A stretch of DNA of 39,587 bases from Gemmatimonadota bacterium. Its GTDB lineage: Bacteria; Gemmatimonadota; Gemmatimonadetes; Longimicrobiales; RSA9. The notes beneath the pieces are model-generated. The model saw only the letters and a list, made by a program, of their open reading frames with translations. It was not told where the DNA came from and ran no database searches. Location: NCBI GenBank assembly GCA_040905425.1, contig JBBDRO010000047.1:1-39587 (forward strand), in the 5' to 3' direction. The position numbers and the translations under genes were made by a program. Positions 8,486 to 16,974 of this stretch are shown here, one piece after another. How positions within the stretch are numbered: the first letter of the stretch is position 1; every line of letters starts with the position of its first letter.

Positions 8486-9635
8486 CGCCGAAGATGGGAC
8501 GGCCCTTCAGAACATGCGAGTGGCAACCGTCCCTTGGATCTCAGCCCGGAGGTTGTGCCCCGTAGATCCATGGCATGGCCTCAGCTTGTCCGCAGTGCCG
8601 CGGGCACTCAACCTCTGTGCTGTTGTCGTTTTGGCAGCCTGTGAGTTGACTGGCGACTTTTCTGCAGCCGATTTCTACGATGCTCCGCTTCTGCGCGGAG
8701 AATCCGTCAACGCAATGCCCGTGTTGGGCCAACCGTTTGAACTGCGCGTTAGCGGTGATCGACTCTGGGTAGGGGATATTGCCCTGGATCCAAGTTTGCA
8801 TATGCTCGATCTGGGTACGGTTGAGTTGCTCATGTCCATGGCCAGAAGGGGCGAGGGCCCTGGCGAGTTCAGAGGCAGCCCCCAGGTCCAGGTTCGACCT
8901 GGAGATCTCGACGGCGCTGTCTGGGTGTTTGATCGGATGCTCCAGCGGATGACACGATTTGATCCGAGGGCGCCGCTCGACGATCCCCTGGTGATTTCGC
9001 TTGCTGTCGGCGAGGGAGGGAACGCCTACCGCGCCATCTGGCTGACATCTGATCGGATCCTAGGCGTCCACGCGTCAGATGACTCGCGCTTCTCACTGTT
9101 CTCGGCAACCGGCGCACGGATGCGAACAGTTTCTGGCGAATTACTGGGGCCAGAGGATGCTTCGCGAACGCGGCGAATCCGTGAAACCGTTGGGGGATTT
9201 GTCATCTGCCCTTGGCCAGGCCGCGGCTTCGCAATCGCGTATACCCGCGCAGGTCGTATCGAATACTACAATCTTGCGGCCCAGCTCGTGCGAACCGCCG
9301 ATGTACCCTATGCTTCCAATGGCTTCGTGCCGGATGCTGACGGCGCCCTCGTACCGAATCGGGAGCGTAGTTATTATCGATCCTGCGCTGTGAATGAGGA
9401 TCGTTTATATGCAGCGTTCTCGGGCCGATTCGACGCGAATTACGCCGACAATCCAGCCACGCCTGACCGCTATGCGTCGGAGTTCCTGCATGTATTCGAC
9501 TGGACTGGAGAGTTGCAGGCGGTAAACAGGCTTGAGCCTGCCGTTCATTCGATCGAAATCTCGGCGGAAGATAGCACAATGCTCGCAACCTCTTTGACAA
9601 CTGCGGAAATTTATCGATTTCCTCTCTTGCCATGA
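8457..9635 (+). CDS. Six-bladed beta-propeller lipoprotein (TolB-like/BF3164-like); true start probably near 8586-8595
   Basis: Lipobox-like VVVLAAC; RRGEGPGEF motif; blade repeats (LWVGD, VWVFDR, LYAAFSG, LHVFDWTG). Confidence 0.8.
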   Translation: MDTSTRAVDNAEDGTALQNMRVATVPWISARRLCPVDPWHGLSLSAVPRALNLCAVVVLAACELTGDFSAADFYDAPLLRGESVNAMPVLGQPFELRVSGDRLWVGDIALDPSLHMLDLGTVELLMSMARRGEGPGEFRGSPQVQVRPGDLDGAVWVFDRMLQRMTRFDPRAPLDDPLVISLAVGEGGNAYRAIWLTSDRILGVHASDDSRFSLFSATGARMRTVSGELLGPEDASRTRRIRETVGGFVICPWPGRGFAIAYTRAGRIEYYNLAAQLVRTADVPYASNGFVPDADGALVPNRERSYYRSCAVNEDRLYAAFSGRFDANYADNPATPDRYASEFLHVFDWTGELQAVNRLEPAVHSIEISAEDSTMLATSLTTAEIYRFPLLP

Positions 9636-10378
9636 CGGATCTCTTTGATCGCTCGATGGCGCCGGACGGGCGAGTGGCCGACGACGCCCGATCGCCGCGG
9701 CGGGGCGGCAAATGGGTCGATTGGCTCGCAGCATTTACGTTAACACTGGCGGGAATGGGAGGCGCTGCAATCGTCACGGCGTGGTGGATCGCCGGTGATG
9801 GCCTGCTGGATGCGGACGCCACTACTGTGAACGCGCGACTCGACCCGGCCGAATTCGCGCGACTTACCTCATCCGGACAATGGCTGGGCGAGCGGAACGC
9901 TCCAGCGGTCCTTCTCGTCTACAATGATTACCGGTGCAGCTTCTGCAAGACGCTAGACGCATCCATCGAGCGGCTACGTAGCAAGTACCCACAACACTTT
10001 GCGGTTGTCTTTCACCATTTCGTCGATCCATCCACTCCGCATAGGCGACAATACCTCGTTCCCGAGGGGGCGGAATGCGCTGCTGAGCAAGGCGTATTTG
10101 AGGCCTTCCATCATACCGCTTTTGCGAATGCTGGCATTCTTGGCTATTCCGACGCTGCGCGCATTCTTGCGCAGACGATCGAGATTCCAAGTCCTACGGC
10201 CTTCCTCGAATGTGTTAGTTCGCGCCGACATGCAAGCACTGTAGCGGAACACTATCAGGAGGGTGCGAAGCTGGGCGTTGCTGCAACGCCGACGATGTTT
10301 CTCAATGGCAACCGTATGATTGGCGCTCTGCCTCTAACGATGCTTGACTCCTTGATTGTGGGCGAATTCCGGCGTTAG
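9632..10378 (+). CDS. Membrane-anchored DsbA-family thiol-disulfide oxidoreductase
   Basis: N-terminal TM helix; YNDYRCSFC active site; second Cys pair (AECAAEQG / LECVSS); GVAATPTMFLNG cis-Pro loop; ATGA overlap with the upstream gene. Confidence 0.9.
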   Translation: MTDLFDRSMAPDGRVADDARSPRRGGKWVDWLAAFTLTLAGMGGAAIVTAWWIAGDGLLDADATTVNARLDPAEFARLTSSGQWLGERNAPAVLLVYNDYRCSFCKTLDASIERLRSKYPQHFAVVFHHFVDPSTPHRRQYLVPEGAECAAEQGVFEAFHHTAFANAGILGYSDAARILAQTIEIPSPTAFLECVSSRRHASTVAEHYQEGAKLGVAATPTMFLNGNRMIGALPLTMLDSLIVGEFRR

Positions 10379-10407
10379 AGCACCCCAAAAGGAGTGATTA
10401 GAAGCAA

Positions 10408-11616
10408 ATGGTTAAAGGAATGATGCACCCCTTACTCCGCCTGGCCGCCTTCCAGATGCTCGTGTTGGAAATGGGCTGCAGTCCAGGGGATTATATAGGA
10501 GATGGCAGCCCAGGCGCCGTGCCTGCAATTACGCTGGATCATGTTTCGACTTTTGATGGCCATGCCTCCCTATACGGGAGCGTTCAAGCTGTTGTGGCAG
10601 ACGACAGCGGCCAAATTTATGTTTCGGACACTCAGTACCGGGGGAATCAACAAATTGTTGTCATCAGTCCAAACGGTGTACTTCGGAGGAGCATCGGCAG
10701 GCAAGGCGAAGGTCCTGGCGAATTTCAAGCTCTTGTAGGTCCCACATGGGTGGGGCAACAAATCCTTGCTATGGATGTACGGTTACGGCGCTTCACCTTT
10801 TTTGAACCGAGCGGGCGGGTCGCCCGAACCTGGGCATGGGACTGGCCGTTTGTGACCAGTGCCACGCCACCGCTGATGTCTGGGGGCAGTAGTGCATACG
10901 CATTGGTGCGGGCTGTGAATCGCCAGGTGCAAGGTCAGTCAGACTCGCAAATCGATGAGTACCTTATCTTTCGGGCGGACGGAACAGTAGAGGATGCGCC
11001 ACGCGTATCCGAGCCGGAGATGGGACCGTCTTCCGTTGTGTGCCTGATGCCAGATGGCGTCAGTTTTCAGGGCGGGCCGTTGCCTTACTTTGATCGCGGC
11101 CCGCTCCGCGCCTTTTTGCCAAATGATCGGCTCGCACTGGCTTACCGAGACACGTTTCGGATCGACATTGTAGATATCCACACCCAAGAGGTGGTAAAGA
11201 TCATCAGGCGTCCGTATCCGAGAGTATCAGTCTCGAGAGACGAATGGGAATCTCAGCCAGAAATCCAGTTCTTCCGGGACCTTGCTCGAGAAGCAGGAAC
11301 AGAACTCCGGGACAGGAATACTGGCGGGCCCTGCGCCTCGGATGACTTGCGTCCCGATTTCCTACCGATCCTGCGAACTATCGTGTCTGATGACACGGGC
11401 CAACTCCTGGTGGAAGCCACCGCCGCGGACGGAAACGGATTCACGTTCACTCTGTACGATTCCACGGGCAGCTTGATTGGCGAGACGCGAATGCCAGACC
11501 GTGACCCAGATGTGCGTCCGTACTTCAGGGGAGATCGACTTTATATTGGCACGATCGATTCGCTTGGGGTCCAGTCAATCGAAGTTTATGAGATCCGGCT
11601 CCCCTCGTTAAAGTAA
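10408..11616 (+). CDS. Six-bladed beta-propeller (NHL/TolB-like) exported protein
   Basis: Signal ending in MGC; DDSGQIYVSD, IGRQGEGPGEF and terminal DSLGVQSIEVY motifs. Confidence 0.82.
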   Translation: MVKGMMHPLLRLAAFQMLVLEMGCSPGDYIGDGSPGAVPAITLDHVSTFDGHASLYGSVQAVVADDSGQIYVSDTQYRGNQQIVVISPNGVLRRSIGRQGEGPGEFQALVGPTWVGQQILAMDVRLRRFTFFEPSGRVARTWAWDWPFVTSATPPLMSGGSSAYALVRAVNRQVQGQSDSQIDEYLIFRADGTVEDAPRVSEPEMGPSSVVCLMPDGVSFQGGPLPYFDRGPLRAFLPNDRLALAYRDTFRIDIVDIHTQEVVKIIRRPYPRVSVSRDEWESQPEIQFFRDLAREAGTELRDRNTGGPCASDDLRPDFLPILRTIVSDDTGQLLVEATAADGNGFTFTLYDSTGSLIGETRMPDRDPDVRPYFRGDRLYIGTIDSLGVQSIEVYEIRLPSLK

Positions 11617-11665
11617 AGTTCCTCTGTAGGGCAGCGTGCGCGCTTGTGCGCATCCTGCAGGCTCG

Positions 11666-13120
11666 CTAAAACAGATCCTCGATTGTCCAGCGGATGACTC
11701 GGTGCCCCGAGTCCTGCACGGCCGCCGCGAAGGAGTCCTTGAACCCGGAAGCCGAGACGAACAGTTTGGGCGCGTCCTTCTTCATGGCCTCCTCAGCCCA
11801 GCTCTTGCCGCTGTCCGCCAGGCGCTCGAGATCTTGCAGGTGCCGCAGGAAGACGGTTGCGTCAGCGGCGCGCTTCCGGATCTTTGCTGAACCCGTCATC
11901 ATCGTGCCGTCGAGCAGGCGCGCGACCACGTCGATCTCCAGCGCCTTCCGCGTGCGATCCTGCCCCTCCCATCGGCCCCACGACTCGACCAGCGGCAGGT
12001 CCCTTTCGTTCTGGAACCGTGCGTACGCCTGCTGCACGACGTCCTCGAAGACGTGTTGGCCGACGTAGCCCGGGAACTGCGTAGCCTCCAGCCGCTCGCG
12101 CCAAACGGTCGCGGCGCCGATGCGCGCGATGGCGGACTCGTTGGGGAGGATCAGCCCGTAGTACATGCGCAGGGCCGGGTCGCCCACGCGGTACCTGAAG
12201 GCATGGGTCCCGGTCTCCTCGAAGTTGCGCTCCGCCTCCAGGTAGCCCATCTCCGTCAGCCGTTCGATCATGCGGCGGAAATTCGAATCCACGTTGGTGC
12301 TGAGCGCGGCGGCAATCTCCCCCAGCGTTCTCCGTCCAATCCCGACCGCGGTCAGGATGGCTTGATACCGCGTGAGATTCTGTAGCCCCTCCTCCTGTGC
12401 GAGCGCGGTTTCTACCTGCAGGCGCACCTCCCCCGTCGGGGACAGGAGCAGGTCAATGATGTTCTCCCCCACCGGGCGCCTGGGGTTGATCGGACGCAGG
12501 TACTTGGGGACGCCCCCGAACGCGGCGTACGTGTGAATCCGCTCGAGGGGGCCGTACCCCTCCACCATCCGGCCGGCGTCGTAGTAGTCGAACGGAAAGA
12601 GCTGGGTGGACCAGTCGAGGCGACCGTAGAGAGGTGAGCCCCCGTCCTTGAGCGCTTCGAGCGTCCGGATGGCGGAGCCAGAGATCATCAGCAGGAGCCC
12701 GCCGGTGCGAAGGCGCCGGCCCTCCCAGACGGCGTTGAGCTCCGAAGCAACCTCCCGCAGGCCCTCATCCCCTTTGGCCAGGTACTGAAATTCGTCGAGG
12801 ACGAGGACCACGTTGCGCTCGGGGGCGAGCGAGAGCAGGGTTCGGAAGACGTTGCGCCACGTCGAGTTATCCTGCGGACGCAGATCCTGGCCGGACCAGC
12901 GCGCGGCCTCCTCGATCAGGACGCGGCGGTTCAGTTCGGGGCTCGTGGCCGACGCGGTGAAGTAGAAGGCCCTCTCCGGGTCCCAGAGGTGCGTCAGCAG
13001 GTACGTCTTGCCGACGCGCCGCCGGCCATACAGGAGCCCGAGCTTCAGGTCACCGCTGTCCGCAAGTTGCCGGAGGCGCGCGATCTCCGCCTCGCGATCA
13101 ATGATTACGTCCGTGGTCAC
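11666..13120 (-). CDS. Archaeal-type ATPase (ATPase_2) with winged helix and C-terminal DUF234/PD-(D/E)xK-like domain
   Basis: IIDREAE, Walker A GRRRVGKT, Walker B LVLDEFQ, PLYGR, FGGVPKYL and WGRWEG...EIDVVA motifs. Confidence 0.87.
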   Translation of the reverse strand: MTTDVIIDREAEIARLRQLADSGDLKLGLLYGRRRVGKTYLLTHLWDPERAFYFTASATSPELNRRVLIEEAARWSGQDLRPQDNSTWRNVFRTLLSLAPERNVVLVLDEFQYLAKGDEGLREVASELNAVWEGRRLRTGGLLLMISGSAIRTLEALKDGGSPLYGRLDWSTQLFPFDYYDAGRMVEGYGPLERIHTYAAFGGVPKYLRPINPRRPVGENIIDLLLSPTGEVRLQVETALAQEEGLQNLTRYQAILTAVGIGRRTLGEIAAALSTNVDSNFRRMIERLTEMGYLEAERNFEETGTHAFRYRVGDPALRMYYGLILPNESAIARIGAATVWRERLEATQFPGYVGQHVFEDVVQQAYARFQNERDLPLVESWGRWEGQDRTRKALEIDVVARLLDGTMMTGSAKIRKRAADATVFLRHLQDLERLADSGKSWAEEAMKKDAPKLFVSASGFKDSFAAAVQDSGHRVIRWTIEDLF

Positions 13121-13135
13121 AACGTACCCTATGGC

Positions 13136-13187
13136 TATACCTACTGTTAGATATACCTATGATCAGGTATAGTTATGGATGAGTATA
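13136..13187. promoter_or_regulatory. Symmetric four-site operator upstream of the ATPase gene
   Basis: TATACCT (13136), TATACCT (13152), AGGTATA (13165), GAGTATA (13181); 16-bp periodicity on each side of a dyad. Confidence 0.6.
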
Positions 13188-13235
13188 GAAGGGCGGAGGT
13201 CCGTGCGCAAGCCGGAGCGGCTTCGCCCAGGATAG

Positions 13236-13439
13236 CGATACCCAGAACGTGGCGGCCTTGAGGTGCTCGCCGCCGAGCACAGCAGAGCACTCCGGATTCC
13301 CATGTCGAGCCTACGAACCGCTCTGCAGTCGCTCGATGATTCCCGCGTGATTCGCGTCGACGCGAGTATGGGCCAGAGCCGGTACCGACTCGTCGACCCC
13401 TTTCTGGCCGAGTGGCTAGCCGTTTCGCGGGCGACGTGA
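13236..13439 (+). pseudogene. C-terminal remnant of a second ATPase/winged-helix protein
   Basis: Frame reads ...IPMSSLRTALQSLDDSRVIRVDASMGQSRYRLVDPFLAEWLAVSRAT*, bounded upstream by TAG at 13233; Y-x-x-x-DP-F-x-x-W-L is the usual terminal wHTH motif of this ATPase class. Confidence 0.6.
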
Positions 13440-13628
13440 GGGCGTAGCGGCAACGCCTCCCGGGGAGTTTCCCGGGGACGTCGCTTGAGATTGCGGTATT
13501 AAGCGACGTCCACTCCGGGCGCGCTGTCCCTGCGGAACCTCCGTCGCGCGTCCCGTGTACGGTCTGATGGCACCGCCCGGGCGGGCGGCGCTCCCCTGCC
13601 AACTCACCTCCCTTCCGGAGAGCCGCCC

Positions 13629-14113
13629 GTGCGGTTTCGTCGTGCTCCCTATACCAGCCTGCTGGTATTGCTGCTCGGATTACCGCTGACACAGTCCGCT
13701 TCCGCGCAGTCGCTCGTCCGGGGCCGTCTGGAGCATGCCCCCACGGGCACCCCTGTGCGCGGCGCCGTGGTGGAGCTCCTGGGTACTTCTCAGGAGCGCT
13801 TCGCCGCTACGCTGTCGGATTCCCTGGGGGCCTTTTACCTGGTGCTCTACCTGGGCATTCAGGGCTACGAACTGGCGCCGCTGGAGGTGCGCGGTCGTGC
13901 GCAGCGGTCGCAGGCGCGGCTCACCCGTGGGCGGGATTCCTTCCAGGCGCACCGGCTGCTGGGGAAGGGCCGCTTCCTGACAGCGGAAGATGTGCACGGC
14001 ATGAACCTTCCAGCGGTGTCCCACCTCCTCCTGGGAGAGAAGGGCGCGAGGTCTACGGTGAAGGCATCAGCCGCTGCGGCGTCATGATGATCTGGACGAA
14101 GGCGGCGTGTTGA
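13629..14113 (+). pseudogene. Decayed member of the carboxypeptidase-regulatory/plug paralog array
   Basis: Lacks 36 codons present in the paralog at 15830; the conserved terminus CGVMMIWTKAA lies in a shifted frame (14051-14113) after a second large deletion. Confidence 0.8.
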
Positions 14114-14931
14114 CCTCCTTTCGGTGCGCGCCATTCGTGGCACTGCTCGTGTTGCTTGCCCCCGCGCCCGCGGTAGCTCAGGTGCTCCGCGTGCGCGTGG
14201 AGAACCCCATGACGCGGCTGCCCGTCACGGAGGCCGTCGTGGAGCTGCTGGGCACGGACGGGGAGCGCTTCGACGTGGGCGTCACCGACTCGGTGGGCGC
14301 CGTGCCGCTGTCGATTCCGGGGGCGGGCCAGTACCAGCTCCGCGCCAGCCACGCCGAGTACGGCACCACCCTCTCCGAGGTCATGACCTTTGCGGCCGAC
14401 GAGTGGAAGGACGTGCGCCTCTTCCTGGGCATCGAGAGCTATCGGCTGGCGCCCATCGAGGTGGTCGGCACCTCGAAGCGGGCCAAGCTGACTCGGGGGC
14501 AGGCGTTCTTCGACGCCCATCGGCGGGAGAGCCGCGGTGGGCGCTTCATCACGCGAGCGGAAATCGCGGCCATGGGAGCCGAGGTGGTGTCGGAGGTGTT
14601 CCGTCAGGAGGAGGGTGTCATCACGAGCATGGAGCTGGTCGGCAGCAGGATCGTGCCCACCCTGAAGTCCCTCCGCGGCTGGGGTTGCCTGTACGTGTAC
14701 GTAAACCTCCTGCGCGGCGGGGCCACGCCGAACTTCGCCGGCCAAAGTGGCGACCTGAGTATCGACACCTACCTGGACGTGGACTTCATCGAAGGGATCG
14801 AGTTCTACCGGGAGTTCAACGAGGTGCCGCGGGAGTGGGTGCATCTGGCCTGGCCGCCGGACGACGGGACGACGATGACGGTCCCGGCCCCCTGCGGCCT
14901 CATGATCATCTGGACGCGGGCCGCATGGTGA
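14110..14931 (+). CDS. Secreted carboxypeptidase-regulatory + plug-like protein (array type B)
   Basis: Signal peptide AVA-Q; AVVELLG...TDSVG, GRFIT, CLYVYVN, IEGIEFYRE, CGLMIIWTRAAW; start overlaps the upstream stop (TTGA; GTG 14107 is an alternative). Confidence 0.85.
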   Translation: MTSFRCAPFVALLVLLAPAPAVAQVLRVRVENPMTRLPVTEAVVELLGTDGERFDVGVTDSVGAVPLSIPGAGQYQLRASHAEYGTTLSEVMTFAADEWKDVRLFLGIESYRLAPIEVVGTSKRAKLTRGQAFFDAHRRESRGGRFITRAEIAAMGAEVVSEVFRQEEGVITSMELVGSRIVPTLKSLRGWGCLYVYVNLLRGGATPNFAGQSGDLSIDTYLDVDFIEGIEFYREFNEVPREWVHLAWPPDDGTTMTVPAPCGLMIIWTRAAW

Positions 14932-15176
14932 GCGGTGGCGGGCAGGCGGCGCGCGCGTGGGGGGTGACGGGGGTCGTCGCTTTGATGCTGATGGGTACGT
15001 GGACGTTCCCGGCGGCCGCGCAGCGCCCGATCGTGGAGGGGCGGGTGTTCGAGGGCGGCACGGAGGCGCCGGTGGCTGGGGCCATCGTGGAGCTGCTCGG
15101 TCCGCAGGGCGAGCGGTTCGCGGGGGTGCTCTCGGATTCCGCGGGCGCGTTCCGGCTGGAGGCGGAGGGTCCGGGC
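14908..15176 (+). repeat. Direct repeat, copy 1 (gene junction plus 5' part of the type A gene)
   Basis: Closely similar to 16706-16974 at an offset of 1798 bp. Confidence 0.85.
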
Positions 15177-15833
15177 CGCTACCGGGTGCGGGGGTACCAC
15201 AACGAGCACGGTGTGGACCTGTCGGGTCCGCTGGAACTGGCTGCGGGCCAGCTCCGCAGCGTGGAGCTCCGGCTGCGCCGGGTGGACTACGAACTGCCCG
15301 GGATTTCCGTGGAGACGGATGCGGCGCCCCTGCTGCCTGTGGGGCAGGCCAGCTTCGACGCCCATCGCGCGCTGGGCAAGGGCGTGTTCATCGACAGCGT
15401 CCGGCTGGCCGAGAAGAAGCCGGGCTTCTTTTCGGACGCGTTGCGGGCGGAGGAGGGCGCCTACCCCATCGGACGCCGCTTCAGGTTCACCCGCTCGCCG
15501 AACGGCTGCGCCTATACCTACGTGAACCCGCTGGAAGCGCCGGAGCCGCACGACTTCCCGGGCGCCGCGCGGCAGGGCGAGTACCCGGTGGGGATCTATG
15601 CCATACGCTACGGCGAGGGTACGGACACCATCGTCTCGGCACGCCTGGCGGGCTTCAGCAGCGCCGGCCGCTATGGCCGTGCCGATCTGCTCTTCGACCC
15701 GCGCAAGCTGGCGGGCATCGAGTTCTACCGGGAAGGCAGTGAGGTGCCGCCCGACCTGGAGCCGCTGAAGGTGCGGGAATGCGCGCTCGTCATCGTATGG
15801 ACGGAGGAGGCGTGGCGGTGGAAGCAGCGATGA
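14928..15833 (+). CDS. Secreted carboxypeptidase-regulatory + plug-like protein (array type A)
   Basis: GTGA-coupled start at 14928; AAA-Q signal; GKGVFIDS, CAYTYVNP, LAGIEFYRE, CALVIVWT. Confidence 0.85.
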   Translation: MSGGGQAARAWGVTGVVALMLMGTWTFPAAAQRPIVEGRVFEGGTEAPVAGAIVELLGPQGERFAGVLSDSAGAFRLEAEGPGRYRVRGYHNEHGVDLSGPLELAAGQLRSVELRLRRVDYELPGISVETDAAPLLPVGQASFDAHRALGKGVFIDSVRLAEKKPGFFSDALRAEEGAYPIGRRFRFTRSPNGCAYTYVNPLEAPEPHDFPGAARQGEYPVGIYAIRYGEGTDTIVSARLAGFSSAGRYGRADLLFDPRKLAGIEFYREGSEVPPDLEPLKVRECALVIVWTEEAWRWKQR

Positions 15834-16729
15834 GGTCCGTGGGGCGGGTGGGTGGCCGGGCGCTGGTCCTGGCCTGCGCGCTGGCATGCTCGGGCGTCAC
15901 GGGGCTGGCCGCCCAGTCGCTCGTGCGGGGGCAGCTGCAGCACGCCTCGAGCGGGCAGCCGGTGGTGGGGGCCGTGGTGGAGCTGCTGGGTCTGGCGGAC
16001 GAGCGCTTCGGCGCCACCGTCTCCGACTCGGTGGGTATGTTCCGCCTGGTGGCGCCGGGCCCCGGCGAATACCGGGTGCGGGTGCTGCACGCGGACTATG
16101 AGCGCATCGTCTCGGAGACCCTGCGCGTGTTGAAGGACGGCGAGGGCGTGGACCTGGTGCTGTTCCTGGGCATCCAGGGCTACGAGCTGGCGCCGCTGCA
16201 GGTCATCGGCCGTGCGGACGCGCGGATGCTCAGCGGGCGCGAGTCCTTCGAGCGGCACCAGGCGCTGGGGAAGGGCCGGTTTATTACGGCGGAGGAGATC
16301 ATGGCCAAGAAGCCACCTGGCGCCTCCCACGTCCTGCGGGCCGAGGAGGGCGTCATCCCCTTCGCGCTGCCGGACGGCTCCATGGGATACCGTGCCCTGC
16401 GCGGCGCCAAGCCCTGCATCTATACGGTCATCAATGGACAGTGGGCCGGGCGGAGCGGGTTGGTGATGGTCGATAGCGGCCGCGGCGTGATCGCCGCCAC
16501 GGAAGCCATGGTCAACGCCATCACCACGCCCAATCGGGACGGACCCATCCGCCACCCCGGCCTGGACGCGCTGCTCAGCCCGGAGGAGATCGCGGGCATC
16601 GAGTTCTTCCGCGAGTTCAACGAGGTGCCGGAGGAGTGGAAGCGGGAAGCGTGGCAGGGCGGCGACGGGGCCTTCGGCGGGCTGCAGGCTTGCGGGCTGG
16701 TGGTCATCTGGACGCGGGCGGCGTGGTGA
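15830..16729 (+). CDS. Secreted carboxypeptidase-regulatory + plug-like protein (array type B)
   Basis: ATGA-coupled start; LAA-Q signal; GKGRFITAEEI, CIYTVING, IAGIEFFRE, CGLVVIWTRAAW. Confidence 0.85.
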   Translation: MRSVGRVGGRALVLACALACSGVTGLAAQSLVRGQLQHASSGQPVVGAVVELLGLADERFGATVSDSVGMFRLVAPGPGEYRVRVLHADYERIVSETLRVLKDGEGVDLVLFLGIQGYELAPLQVIGRADARMLSGRESFERHQALGKGRFITAEEIMAKKPPGASHVLRAEEGVIPFALPDGSMGYRALRGAKPCIYTVINGQWAGRSGLVMVDSGRGVIAATEAMVNAITTPNRDGPIRHPGLDALLSPEEIAGIEFFREFNEVPEEWKREAWQGGDGAFGGLQACGLVVIWTRAAW

Positions 16730-16974
16730 GCGGTGGCGGGCAGGCGACGCGCGCGTGGCGGGTGACGGGGGTCGTCGCTTTGCTGCTGACGGGTACGTGG
16801 ACGGTCCCGGCGGCCGCGCAGCGCCCGGTCGTGGAGGGACGGGTACTCGAGGGGGCTACGGAGGCGCCGGTGGTCGGTGCCATCGTGGAGCTGCTCGGTC
16901 CGCGCGGGGAGCGGTTCGCGGCGGTGCTGTCGGACACGACGGGTGCCTTCCGGCTGGAGGCGGAGGGTCCTGGC
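16706..16974 (+). repeat. Direct repeat, copy 2
   Basis: Closely similar to 14908-15176. Confidence 0.85.

Noticed and set aside
14124..14927. N-terminal extension of the 569-aa ORF
   Set aside because: It is an off-frame overlap with the gene at 14110-14931; the paralog at 16726 shows that the real start is GTG 14928.
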